Made by a program: the position numbers and the translations under genes. Positions 25,783-38,150 of a DNA stretch of 64,000 nt are shown piece by piece. Under the pieces are notes generated by a model, which was not told the DNA's origin, did no database searches, and saw only the letters and a list, made by a program, of their open reading frames with translations. Position 1 is the stretch's first letter. Every line of letters starts with the position of its first letter. Origin of the DNA: the human T2T-CHM13v2.0 reference genome, Homo sapiens; NCBI RefSeq assembly GCF_009914755.1, contig NC_060927.1. One strand, given 5' to 3'.

Positions 25783-25997
25783 TGTGGTTTTCAAAGCTGG
25801 CCAGTCATCAGAAAGACTTGGAGAACATTTTTCAAAAGAAAAAAATTAAAGCAAGTCCTAGGTCCCATCACAATTTTACAGAATCAAAATATCTGGCCAT
25901 GGGGCCCAGGAATCTGCATTAAAACAAAGCAAAATAAAAAATAAAACAGAACTTCCCGGGAATTGTGATTGATGCTCAACCAACGTTTGGGAACCAC
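25783..25997. mobile_element. MER5-type hAT-Charlie element
   Basis: GTGGTTTTCAAA...GGGGCCCAGGAATCTGCATT...TTTGGGAACCACT. Confidence 0.75.
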
Positions 25998-26729
25998 TCA
26001 TTTATTTCATTAACTTCAGGGACCAGTGCCTTAATCTCCTTTGAACCTTCTCCAAGTCCTGAGAGTGTACTCTTCCTCCCGTAGTTAATGATGGTAGCTT
26101 TTGAAGTCTTGAGAGTCTTTATCTTGTGAACATTGTACAGATTCAGAGACCTAGAGCATCCTTCATGTTGCTATTCTTTTCCCTCAGTGCTTTCATTATA
26201 GACACCAATCGTTTGCATATGTTGTCCTGGGTCATTTTATTTGGGATCCAAAACCAGAAAATTTCAAACAACAACAAAAAAATGGATTCTTCGAGAATGC
26301 CCTAGCCATGGCCAAGCTTCTGCATTACAGAGCTCTTGCTATTGTGTTGCTTTGGGTAGCAATGCCTGAAATCTCAGCCAATTTTGGGTCACAGTAGGCC
26401 TATGTAAATTATCTAAAAATGGATTCATTATGGACATTATAAAAATAAATCTGACACCTGAGCCTTTGGGCAAATATACCATATAAAGAAATCATACCCT
26501 AGAATAACGATTAACCTAAAGAACTTAAAAAAAATCAGTATGATATTTTTATCATCCTTTCTTAAAATTACTGCATTCAGAGAGACCTGATGGCTGAGGA
26601 CAGCACCTGGGGCAGAGGAGTATAGGTCATTGGGATGTGGCATCCTGAGTCTTCTAGCAGTTTGCTCTTCCAGCACTCTCCCTTATTATATGTTCTTTAC
26701 ATTGTTCTGTATGTCGCTGTCTTCAAACA

Positions 26730-26985
26730 GAATAGATAAGTCTACTAGTCAAGATAGACATATAACAGGCACCACATGTGCATAAAAATTGCATTATGTA
26801 AATTTAGTGCCGTAATATAATATGAAGGATGTCCTCTAGGAGGAACTGGGGAAAGCATCACAGACGAGGACACATCTGATCTGAGTGTTGGAGAATGAGT
26901 TAGTTGTTTACCAAGCAGAAAAGGGTGGTGGACAGCATGGCATGCCAAGTAAAGGGAACAGCATGTGCAAAAGCAGAGAATGGCC
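26730..26985 (-). mobile_element. L2 fragment
   Basis: GGAAAGCATCACAGACGAGG...AAGGGAACAGCATGTGCAAA. Confidence 0.55.
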
Positions 26986-29128
26986 CCCATCCTGACCCTT
27001 GTAATTTTGGCAGCTCTTTGCTGATGTCCTCAGGCAATGCATCTGGGCTCCTGGGAATAGCTTTGCAATGTGAACAGAGTGACTTCACTATGGGTAGACC
27101 TAAATGTTCTAGCGTGCTCTGAAACTTACCTCTAGAAATAGCTCCAGGAAGTTAGGTAGCTTCAGAGAGGAAGGACCAAGAAATATGATCTTATACCACA
27201 GGCAAGAAGTACTTTCCTGGAGGTACTGGCCAGAAGTACTATTGCTATCTCTCTGCACTTGTCTGTTATATTTTAGAATGAAATGTGCCTGTGCATACAA
27301 ATGCTAAGGCAAGAAAGAAAAAGCAAAAGGCAATTCTCTTTAAATCTCCTGAAATAATTTCAGGCAGCTTTTTTTACCTAGTCAAACACACACGCTTAAG
27401 AATGGAGTTGTAAGCTAACTTAATCATTTTTTGTTTTGTTTTGCTCTCTTACTTGTTCACACGTTGGGGTAATCCTGAGAAAACAGGAAGCAATGAAAGA
27501 AGGATTTTATTGAGAAATGTTCATTACAACTTGTAATTTTAAAATGTGTTTGTATGAGTGTGCACAAATGTGAATAAATTTTAGAGCACTTTCTCACATA
27601 ATATCTAGTTTAATCACCAGAATATCCTGCAACGTTATTATAGTTCCTACATTATTATGGTTCCTAAAGACAAATGAAAAATCTGTGATTCAGAGACCCA
27701 AGGTTAGGCTAATAAATGTAGAAGTCACATTTGACCAAATTTTAGTATCTTCCCTTAAGTATTGGTAATGTACGATAAACACTATTTGGTAATAATGAAT
27801 TATTACAATTACTAAAACAACTTATCTGGCAGAACAGTATCTTAACTATTTGAAAAATATTGTAGTGGATTTATTAGCTTCCATTTCATCTGAAGTCCAC
27901 TTTGCTTTACTGCTTACTTTATCTTTCTAGCTACTCTGTAAAAAAGTTATTATCACCCTCAATCTGCCAAGTATAATGTATGTAAAGTGAAATAACTAGC
28001 ATATTGCAAAGCTGGGAATTGAACCCTTGTCTCCTAAATCCAAGTCTGTAGCTGTTCCTCAGCAGTACACTGTATCTCATGTTAATGCCATTATTACTTG
28101 TATTAAATGAAATAATTTTTCCATCATTATTTTCCCGAATTATTACTATCCAGAGCGATTTGAAGGTTAAGGTCATCCAAATAATGTGTGAAAATTGCTT
28201 AAAATCAATCTCCTGTGCATGGATGTCTATGATGTATACAAATATAAAACAGCCAAAGTAGTCTCAAGAAGTTATTACCAAGTTTCTCAAATAGTGTCTC
28301 AAGGCGACATTATTTGACAAGACCTTTGGAATAACCATTTGGAATTTTCCTTAGTTCAGTTGAATTGTGTCATCTTGCTTAAACTTTTCAGATATCAGGG
28401 GTAGTTTTATTGACATTACAATGGAATTAAAATGACATTTTATTTTATTTTTTACCGTTCTATAGAAATGGCATTTTAATTTGTCATTATTTTTATTATT
28501 GATCTGTTAATGTTGTAATGACTTGGGTTTTAGTAAGGGCATCCTCTGTAAAAATTACCTCCTGGGAAAGAAATCTCCAAGTTCTATGAGGTCTCCCAGA
28601 AATATCACCACTTGAGGTGAGAGTAAAGTGTCATGAATGCCACCCAATGTGATTCCTGGTAGATAAGATTTCACTGTTTTATATCTTGACATCTGCATTA
28701 AATTCCGTTCTTTTACTGGGTCCTATTCACTTCCATCTTGTGCCATTGTTACTTAACCAGGCTCTGTAGTGGACAGGAAAAAGTAAAAACACGTCTTAGC
28801 CCTTAAACAGTTTATATTTTCATTAGAAATTCAACATATGAAAATGCCCAGTTAACTAACAATATAAAGCTTTACTGTACAGCTTCTATTTGTGAAGTGA
28901 CTCCATGGCTAACTCTATCAGAAGAAAGAGTTTGCTTGGAGCCAAGGTAGTATTGGAAGGTTACAGAGAAGAAAGACTCAGGGAGGCAGTGGTTAAGCTT
29001 GTAGACTCTGGCATCAGATAGATCTGGGTTTCGAGTTTTGATTTTACCTCTTAATTCTCTGGAAACTTGGACTCACCAGGATAAGTGGCAACCTAAGTTC
29101 TTTCAGTTTTAAAATAGAGATAGTTATG

Positions 29129-29447
29129 CACTAGGCGTGGTGGCTCACGCCTGTAATCCCAGCACTTTGGGAGGCCAAGGGTGGATCACCTGAGATCAGG
29201 AGTTCAAGACCAGTCTGGCCAACATGGCAAAACCCCGACTTTACTAAAAATACAAAAATTAGCCGGGCGTGGTGGCACACACCTGTAATCCCAGCTACTT
29301 GGGAGACTGAGGCAGGCGAATCACTTGAACACAGAAGGTGGAGGTTGCTGTAAGCCACTGCATTCCATTCCAGCCTAGGCGTCAGAGTAAGACTCCATCT
29401 CAAATAAATGAATAAATAAAAATAATAAATAAATATATGAATAAATG
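29129..29447 (+). mobile_element. AluS inserted in a MIR
   Basis: GGCGTGGTGGCTCACGCCTGTAATCCCAGC... with (TAAA)n tail. AAATAGAGATA at 29112 and 29448 is a probable TSD. Confidence 0.94.
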
Positions 29448-32429
29448 AAATAGAGATATTTGTATCTTAAAGAGTTGTTTTCAAAGTTAAGTCATGACAA
29501 AATAATGACAAAATCAGTGGAAGCTGCAATCATTGTTCTTGCTATTATTATTGAAATGAAAATATGAACATTAGCTCTGAGGGTTCTATCCATAGTTTTT
29601 TTTAAAAAATTCTGATTATAAAATTTTAATTATAAAATCCCATATAGCTCATGCTGACCATTTAAAAAATAATCTTAGTTGTATCCTTGTTTCTTTTTGT
29701 ATTTGCTAATAGAGATTTTAGAATTGGCTTGGTGTATGTTTGTCCTTGCTAGAATTATGATTCCTTTTTTGAATTTGCATTACACCTTTGTTAGAAGTAG
29801 AATTACTTTACTTGAACTTTGTCAATGTGGCAAAAAATGATTCATGTTTATATTATCTCTTTGAAAAGTAGTGTTTTTACTATTGAACTATAAGTACAGT
29901 TAAAATGTAAATGAACATTTCAGAAAGAAACTATTGATTTTTATTAATTAAAGAAATTAATTTTCCAAAATGTCAGTTGCTACAGAGAGATTTTAGGGAT
30001 TATTAACTACACAATCTCAGAAAAATTAATTTAATTAGGGATTTTATTTTGGGTTCCATTCATTTTTGAGATTCATATTTTGGATTAAGCCAGTCTCCTG
30101 AAATTGTATTTAAACTTAGTCTGCGTGTATGTCTTTTTTAGGGAAAGCATTCACAACACCATCAGACCCTCGAAGAGATTCTTAACTTACCCATTAAGAA
30201 AAGTAACATCTCTGTCTAGGGGTCACCAGTCTCTCAAGCCAGTTATATTGTTGCTGCTTGAATAAACAAAACAGGTTTTTATTTCTGCTCTTACCAACAT
30301 TACTAGGCTGTGTTTGTAGCAAAAACTGAGTATGTGGTGGTGGTAGTAACTACAGTAGAAAGTGTAACGTGTACACAATTATATCATGATACATGGTTTT
30401 TAAACACATTTTATATATGTATATATTTAATTTATTCACACAACAAATATTTGCACATGTTGCCTGAGCTGTGCATGTGTAAGGCAGGGCATAGAAATGA
30501 ATAGGGCATGGGTTCTTTCTGCTGAATTAGATGGTACCCCCTCACCCCCCATTTTACTGTTGAAGAGAGGGAAGCTTGGTGGTGAGGTGGCTTGCCCCAG
30601 ACCATACAGGTAAAAAGTAGTCCAGAGTAGATTCAGGCATAACTTGTTTGAACCAAATTGTGTTCTTTAGACTGCAACATGCTTTCTGTTCCTTAGCATG
30701 TAACTATTACCCATGTATTTTTATTTATTTTTCTTTTACGTGAATTTAAAATGTCATATTTGTTCTGCTTCTATTACTGCAGTCTTGAATGATGATTCAT
30801 CAGTGCAGTGGCCTATTTTAGTGAACCACAATAGCTTGGGTAGAAAGAAAAAAGATCCAACATACACAGGAATGGAAAGCAGCCATCTTTTTATAGCTAA
30901 AATTGCAAACATCTGGCAATTACTCTATTCTACCTCCCTTCAAAAAAGAAGAATCATCCCTTCAACTGGAGCCTGCCACTGTGTTTAATCAAGGCAGAAA
31001 GCAAGCCTTAAGGAGCAATAGGTTTTGATTCAAGGAGGCCATTGCCTAACCTAGTTGGCCAAAGTCTCTTCAGAAAATACCCCATTTAGTGCTCCCCATA
31101 AGCTACTGGGTTATATAATGATAGTAATGGTAATATAGCAATTAATAACTGCAGAAATCCCCTTTTGTTTTTCTGCTGTTTCATTTGTGGTGGCTCTTAT
31201 GGCAGCTTTTATATTGTGAAAGTTAATTATTTTGGTCAGTTTTGCCTGTCTCCATCTGCTTAAGCTTCTTGTATTCCTTAACAAAAGATTCAACCACATC
31301 GATACAACCAATAATTGCCAACTTGATTTTATTATAAACATGTCCGGTAAAATGCTGAGGGAACAAATAAATTTATTTTTAAAGCCTGGCCGTGATCTTA
31401 CAGTCAAAAAGTGGTCCACCAAGGTTATGGCTCCTAAGTACCCCACCCGTATTTCTTATTGTGATAATTGTTTGTGAAACTAGTTCTTCCCTCACTGGCC
31501 AAAGTCAACACTGTTGGCAGGGGAAGTGAGAACAGCTGGTGGTTCACAGTATATGCTGAGAATCAGAACTTCTGCATTTTTCTCATGGGGCTAGTACCAG
31601 CTTTTGCTCTGGCCTTGACCAATGCACGTACCTTTCTCTTCCCCATTTACCTTTCTCTTCCTCTAGGTCTCTGAAGAGTAGAGGTGGATCTTTCCCTTCC
31701 CAGGTTGTGCCAACATTATTACCAATGTTCCCTTTTGTTGTAGAATATTTTGGTCAGTAATCATCAGTAATCGCTAAGTAACAGAAAATCAAGGTTCGAC
31801 AGCACGGTTTTCAAAAACAACCTCAAATACTATAAATAGTCTGTTTTCTAGTGTTAGCAGATTATGGTACATGGAAATCATAAGCATTCAGTGGGGGCCT
31901 TTGAGCTTACATTAAATGCCTGCCTTTTGCTTTTATGTCTTTGCTAGAACTGTGTTCAATACCCAAAGACACAGCTTTTTCTTTGATATAATAATTTTTC
32001 TAGGCTGTCTTTCCTGCCAGTCTTCCCAAAATCCCAGTGAAGTTTGCAAACACCTCATTAAACTAAATGCAGTTTTGGGAGAGATGAGATTGTGACTAGG
32101 GAGTTTTCTGGTTTTTACAAAAAGAATAGAAAAAGAAAAAGAACAGGAACTCCTAACAACCTAAAATGCATGCCTTGTGCAATATAGTTATCCCATGCAG
32201 AGCTACATAGTGTAACGATCTCTGGAATCTCAAATGAATGTGCTCCCTTTTCTCTGTCTTCATTCAGTTGGATAGTTCTGGTCTTCCTCCCTCGTGTGCA
32301 CATCTTTGAACTTGAACTACTGTATTACAGCCAGTGTTCTAACCTATATGCGTTTCTCTTTGGTGGCCCTGCTAATATAGAAAAGGTTACGCTAATGTTC
32401 CTTACCATATTTTTCTTTTTGGTGTCTTC

Positions 32430-32430
<1 letters not shown>

Positions 32431-32472
<42 letters not shown>
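32431..32472. repeat. (TG)21 microsatellite within the L1 tail
   Basis: Lies between the left TSD and the L1 3' end. Confidence 0.95.
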
Positions 32473-32476
<4 letters not shown>

Positions 32477-32681
32477 AATTGTACTTTAACTTCTAGGATA
32501 CATGTGCAGAACGTGCAGGTTTGTTACATAGGTATACACATGCCATGGTGGTTTGCTGCACCCATCAACCCGTCATCTACATTAGGTATTTCTCCTAATG
32601 CTATCCCTCCCCTAGGCCCCCACCCCCTGACAGGACATAGTGTGTGATGTACCCCTCCCTGTGTGCATGTGTTCTCACTGT

Positions 32682-35600
32682 TCAGCTCCCACTTATGAGT
32701 GAGAACATGTGGTGTTTGGTTTTCTGTTCCTGTGTTAGTTTGCTGAGAATGATGGTTTCCAGCTTCATCCATGTCCCTGCAAAGGACATGAACTCATTTT
32801 TATGGCTGCATAGTATTCCATGGTGTATCTGTGCCACATTTTCTTTATCCAGTCTATCATTGTTGGGCATTTGGATTGGTTCCAAATCTTTGCTATTGTG
32901 AATAGTGCTGCAATAAATATACGTGTACATGTGTCTTCATAGTAGAATGATTTATAATCCTTTGGGTGTATACCCAGTAATGGGATCGCTGGGTCAAATG
33001 GTATTTCTTGTTCTAGATCCTTGAGGAATCGCCACACTCTCGTCCACAATGGTTGAACTAATTTACACTCCCACCAACAGTGTAAAAGCATTCTTATTTC
33101 TCTACATCCTCTCCAGCATCTGTTGTTTCCTGACTTTTTAATGATCACCATTCTAACTGGCATGAGATGGTATCTCACTGTGGTTTTGATTTGCATTGTT
33201 CTAATGACCAGTGATGATGAGGTTTTTTTCATATGTTTGTTGGCCACATAAATCTCTTGTTTTGAGAAGTTTGTTGGCCACATAAATATCCTTCACCTAC
33301 TTTTTGATGGCATTGTTTGTTTTTTTCTTGAAAATTTGTTTAAGTTCTTTGTAGAATCTGGATATTAGCCCTTTGTCAGATGGATAGATTGCACGCTTTT
33401 TTTTCCCATTCTGTAGGTTTCCTGTTCACTCTGATAGATAGTTTTTTTTGCTGTGCAGAAGCTCTTTAGTTTAATTAGATCCCATTTGTCAATTTTAGCT
33501 TTTGTTGCCATTGCTTTTGGTGTTTTAGTCATAAAGTCTTTGTCCATTCCTATGTCCTGAATGGTATTGCCTAGGTTTTCTTCTAGGGTTTTTATGGTTT
33601 TAAGTCTCACATTTAAGTTTTTAATTCATCTTGAGTTGATTTTTGTATAAGGTGTAAGGAAGGGGTCCAGTTTCAGTTTTCTGCACATGGCTGGCCAGTT
33701 TTCCAAACAGCATTTATTAAATAGAGAATCTCTCCCCATTGCTTGTTTTTGTCAGATTTGTCAGAGATCAGATGGTTGTAGATGTGCAGTGTTATTTCTG
33801 AGGCCTCTGTTCTGTTTCATTGGTCTATATATCTGTTTTGGTACCAGTACCATGCTGTTTTGGTTACTGTAGCCTTGTAGCATAGTTTGAAGTCAGGTAG
33901 CATGATGCCTCCAGCTTTGTTCTTTTTGCTTAGGATTGTTGGGTCTATATGGGCTTTTTTTTGGTTCCATGTGAAATTTAAACTAGTTTTTTCTACTTCT
34001 GTGAAGAATGTCAATGCTAGCTTGATGGGGATAGCATTGAATCTGTAAATTACTTTGGGCAGTATGGCCATTTTCATGATATTGATTCTTATCCATGAGC
34101 ATGGAATGGTTTTCCATTTGTTTGTGTCCTCTCTTATTTCCTTGAGTAGTGGTTTGTAGTTCTCCATGAAAGGGTCATTCACATCCCTTGTAAGTCGTAT
34201 TCCTAGGTATTTTATTTTCTTTATAGCAATTGTGAATGGGAGTTCACTCATGATTCAGCTCTCTATCATTGGTTTATAGGAATGCTTGTGATTTTTGTAC
34301 ATTGATTTTGTATCCTGAGACTTTGCTGAAGTTGCTTATCAGCTTAAGGAGATTTTGGGTTGAGATTTTGGGATTTTCTAAATATGCAATCATGTCATCT
34401 GCAAACAGAGACAATTTGACTTCCCCTCTTCCTATTTGAATATTCTCTATTTCTTTTTGTTGCCTGATTGCCCTGACCAGAACTTCCAATACTATGTTGA
34501 ATAGGAGTGGTGAGAGAGGGCATCCTTGTCTTGTGCTGGTTTTCAAAGGGAAAGCTTTCAGCTTTTGCCCATTTAGTATGATATTGGCTGTGGGTTTGTC
34601 ATAAATAGCTCTTATTATTTTGAGGTATGTTCCATCAATACCTAGTTTATTGAGAGTTTTTAGCATGAGGTGGTGTTGAATTTTGTTGAAGGACTTTTCT
34701 GCATCTATTGAGATAATAGTGTGATTTTTGTCATTGGTTCTGTTTATGTGATGCATTATGTTTATTGATTTGTGTATGTTGAATCAGCCTTGCATCCCAG
34801 GGATGAAGCTGACTTTTTCATAGTGGATAAGCTTTTTGATGTGCTGCAGGATTCGGTTTTCCAGTATTTTTATTGAGGATTTTCACAATGATGTTCATCA
34901 GGGATATTGGCCTGAAATTTTCTTTTTTTTGTTGTGTCTCTGCCAGGTTTTGGTAGCAGGATGATGCTGGCCTCATAAAATGAGTTAGGGAGGAGTCCCT
35001 CTTTTTCTATTGTTTGGAATAATTTCAGAAGGAATGGTAGCAAGCTCCTCTTTGTACCTCTCTTAGAATTTGGCTGTTAATCTTTCTGGTCCTGGGCTTT
35101 TTTTGGTCAGTAGGCTATTAATTACTGCATCAATTTCAGAACTTGTTATTGGTCTATTCAGGGATTTGAATTCTTCCTGGTTTAGTCTTGGGAGAGTCTA
35201 TGTGTCGCAGAATTTATCCATTTCTTCTAGATTTTCTACTTTATTTGCATATAGGTGTTTATGGTATTATTTATTGGTAGTTTGTATTTCTGTGGGATCA
35301 TTGGTGATATCCCCTTTATCATTTTTTATTGTGTCTATTTGATTCTTCTCTCTTTTCTTCTTTATTAGCCTGGCTAGTGGTCTATCTATTTTGTTAATCT
35401 TTTCAAAACACCAGCTCCTGGATTCATCGATTGTTTTGAAGGGTTTTTCTCATGTCTCTATCTCCTCCAGTTCTGCTCTTATCTTAGTTATTTCTTGTCT
35501 TCTGCTAGCTTTTGAATTTGTTTGCTCTTGCTTCTCTAGTTCTTTTAATTGCAACGTTAGGGTGTCGATTTGAGATCTTTCCCGCTTTCTCTTGTGGGTA

Positions 35601-36508
35601 TTTAGTGCTATAAATTCCCCTCTAAACACTGCTTTAGCTGTGTCCCAGAAATTGTGACATGTTGTGTCTTTATTCTGATTGGTTTCAAAGAACTTATTTA
35701 TTTCTGCCTTCATTTTGTTATTTACCCAGTAGTCATTCAGGAGCAGGTTGTTCAGTTTCCATGCAGTTGTTCGGTTTTGAGTGAGTTTCTGAATCCTGAG
35801 TTCTAATTTGATTGCACTGTGGACTGAGAAACTGTTTGTTATGATTTCTGTTCTTTTGCATTTTCTGAGGAGTGTTTTACTTCCAATTATGTGGTCAATT
35901 TTAAAATAAATGTGATGTGGTTCTTAGAAGAATATATATTTTGTTGATTTGGGGTGGAGAGTTCTGTAGATGTCTATTAGGTCTGCTTGGTCTAGAGCTG
36001 AGTTGAAGTCCTTGATATCCTTGTTAACCTTCTGTCTCGTTGATCTGTCTAATATTGACAGTGGGGTGTTAAAGTCTCCAACTATTATTATGTAGGAGTC
36101 TTAGTCTCTTTGTAGGTCTCTAAGAACTTGCTTTATGGATCTGGGTGCTCCTGTATTGGGTGCATATATATTTAGGGTAGTTAGCCCTTTTTGTTGCGTT
36201 GCTCCCTTTACCATTATATAATGGCCTTCTTTGTCTTTTTTATCTTTGTTGGTTTAATGTCTGTTTTATCAGAGACTAGGATTGCAACCCCTGCTTTTTT
36301 TTGCTTTCCGTTTGCTTGGTAAATATTCCTCGATCCATTTATTTTGAGCCTGTATGTGTCTTTGCATGTGAGATGGATCTCTTGAATACAGCACACTGAT
36401 GGGTCTTGACGCTTTATCCAGTTTGCCAGTCTGTGTCTTTTAACTGGGGCCTTTAGCCTGTTTACATTGAAGGTTAATATTGTTATGTGTGAATTTTTTC
36501 CTGTCTAT
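32682..36508 (-). pseudogene. Disrupted L1 ORF2 (endonuclease/reverse transcriptase)
   Basis: Multiple frame-broken fragments: CCIQEIHL (EN), [14 protein letters not shown] and FADDM (RT), CWRGC...HCWWEC (C-terminal). Confidence 0.9.
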
Positions 36509-36569
36509 GATGCTAGCTGGTTATTTTCCCTGTTAGTTGATGCAGTTTCTTCATGGTGTCGATGGTCTT

Positions 36570-37102
36570 TACAATGCGCTATGTTTTTGCAGTGGCTAGT
36601 ACTGTACTAGTTGTTCCTCCATGTTTAGTGCTTCCTTCAGGAGCTCTTGTAAAGCAGGCCTTGTGTTGAGAAAACCTCTCAGTGTTTACTTATATGTAAA
36701 GGATTTTATTTCTTCTTCACTTATGAAGCTTAGTTTGGCTGGATATGAAATTCTGGGTTGAAAATTCTTTTCTTTATCAATGTTGAATATTGGCCCCCAT
36801 TCTCTTCTGGCTTGTAGAGTTTCTGCAGAGAGATCCGCTGTTAGTCTGATGAGGTTCCCTTTGTAGGTAACCTGACCTTTTTCTCTGGCTGCCCTTAACA
36901 TTTTTTCCTTCATTTCAACCTTGGTGGGGTAACCCAATCTTTCTCTCTGGCTGCCCTTAACATTTTTTCCTTCATTTCAACCTTGGTGAATCTGACAATT
37001 ATGTATCTTGGGGTTGCTCTTCTCGAGGAGTATCTTTTTGGTGTTCTCTGTATTTCCTGAATTTGAATGTTGGCCTGTCTTCCTGGGTTGGGAAAGTTCT
37101 CC
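36570..37102 (-). pseudogene. L1 ORF1 C-terminal remnant (N-terminal part deleted)
   Basis: KEKMLRAAREKGQVTYKG..IRLTADLSAETLQARREW..FQPRISYPAKLSF. Confidence 0.85.
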
Positions 37103-37982
37103 TTTCTTTCAGAGATGCCCTGCCCAGAGAGGAGGAATCTATAGCGGCAGTCTGTCTACAGTGCCTTTGTGGCACTGTGGTGGGCTTTGTCCTGTTCTAA
37201 CTTCCTGGGGGCTTTGTTTACACTGTGATGGGAAAACCACCTACTGAAGCCTCAGTAATGGTGGACGCCCCTCCCCCCACCAAGCTGGAGCATCCCAGGT
37301 CAACTTCAGACTGCTGTGCTGGCAGTGAGAATCTCAAGCCAGTGGATCTTAGCTTGCTGGGCTCTGTGGGGGTGGGGTCCACTGAGTTAGAACACTTGGC
37401 TCCCTGGCTTCAGTCCCCTTTCCAGGGGAGTGAACGGTTCTGTCTCCCTGGCATTCCAGGAGCCACTGGGGTATGAAAAAACAAAGTCCTGCAGCTAGCT
37501 CGGTGTCTGCCCAAACGGTCACCCGGTTTTGTGCTTGAAACCCAGGGCCCTGGTGGTGTAGGCACCCAAGGGAATCTCCTGGTCTGTGGGTTGCAAAGAC
37601 CATGGGAAAAGGGTAGTATCTGGGCCAGAGTGCACCGTTTGTCATGGCACAGTCTCTCATGGCTTCTCTTGGCTAGGAGAGGGAATTCCCTGACCCCTTG
37701 TGCTTCCAGAGTGAGGTGATGCTCCACCCTGCTTAGACTCAACCTCTGTGGGCTGCACCCACTGTCTAACCAGTCCCAGTGAGATAAGCTGAGTACTTCA
37801 GTTGGAAATGCAGAAATCACCCACCTTCTGAGTTGATCTCTCTGGGAGCTGCAGACTGGAGCTGTTCCTATTTGGCCATCTTCATCCTAAGTCCCATATT
37901 TTTCTTTTACTTTGGGACTTGGAATCTACAAATGTTCCGGAATACAGACAGTATTGTATTGCAGTGGACTTTACATGTTTAT

Positions 37983-38094
37983 AGTGGTTCTCTATCCTCT
38001 TAACACTGGTAATAATCACCTGGGGAACTTCAAAAAATTTCCAGTCTTGGGTCTCACCCTCAAGTATTGTAATGTAATTGCTCTGGGATGGGCA

Positions 38095-38128
<34 letters not shown>

Positions 38129-38150
38129 CTATCCATTTTTAGAACTGCTA
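37983..38150. mobile_element. MER5B-like hAT element
   Basis: AGTGGTTCTC...AATCACCTGGGGAACTT...AGAACTGC. Confidence 0.55.

Larger units (their letters stand above)
32420..37893 (-). mobile_element. L1PA (L1PA7-like) with both ends, internal deletion, antisense to LPP
   Basis: 5'UTR start (TTCCTATTTGGCCATCTT on +) near 37880 and 3'UTR near 32480. ORF2 fragments include RT motifs RQGCPLSP and LFADDMI. 15-bp TSD CCATATTTTTCTTTT at 32405-32419 and 37894-37908. Confidence 0.96.

Noticed and set aside
32524-37820. Cluster of RT/endonuclease-like ORFs suggesting a novel retro-system
   Set aside because: They are fragments of one decayed LINE-1 with frameshifts and stops.
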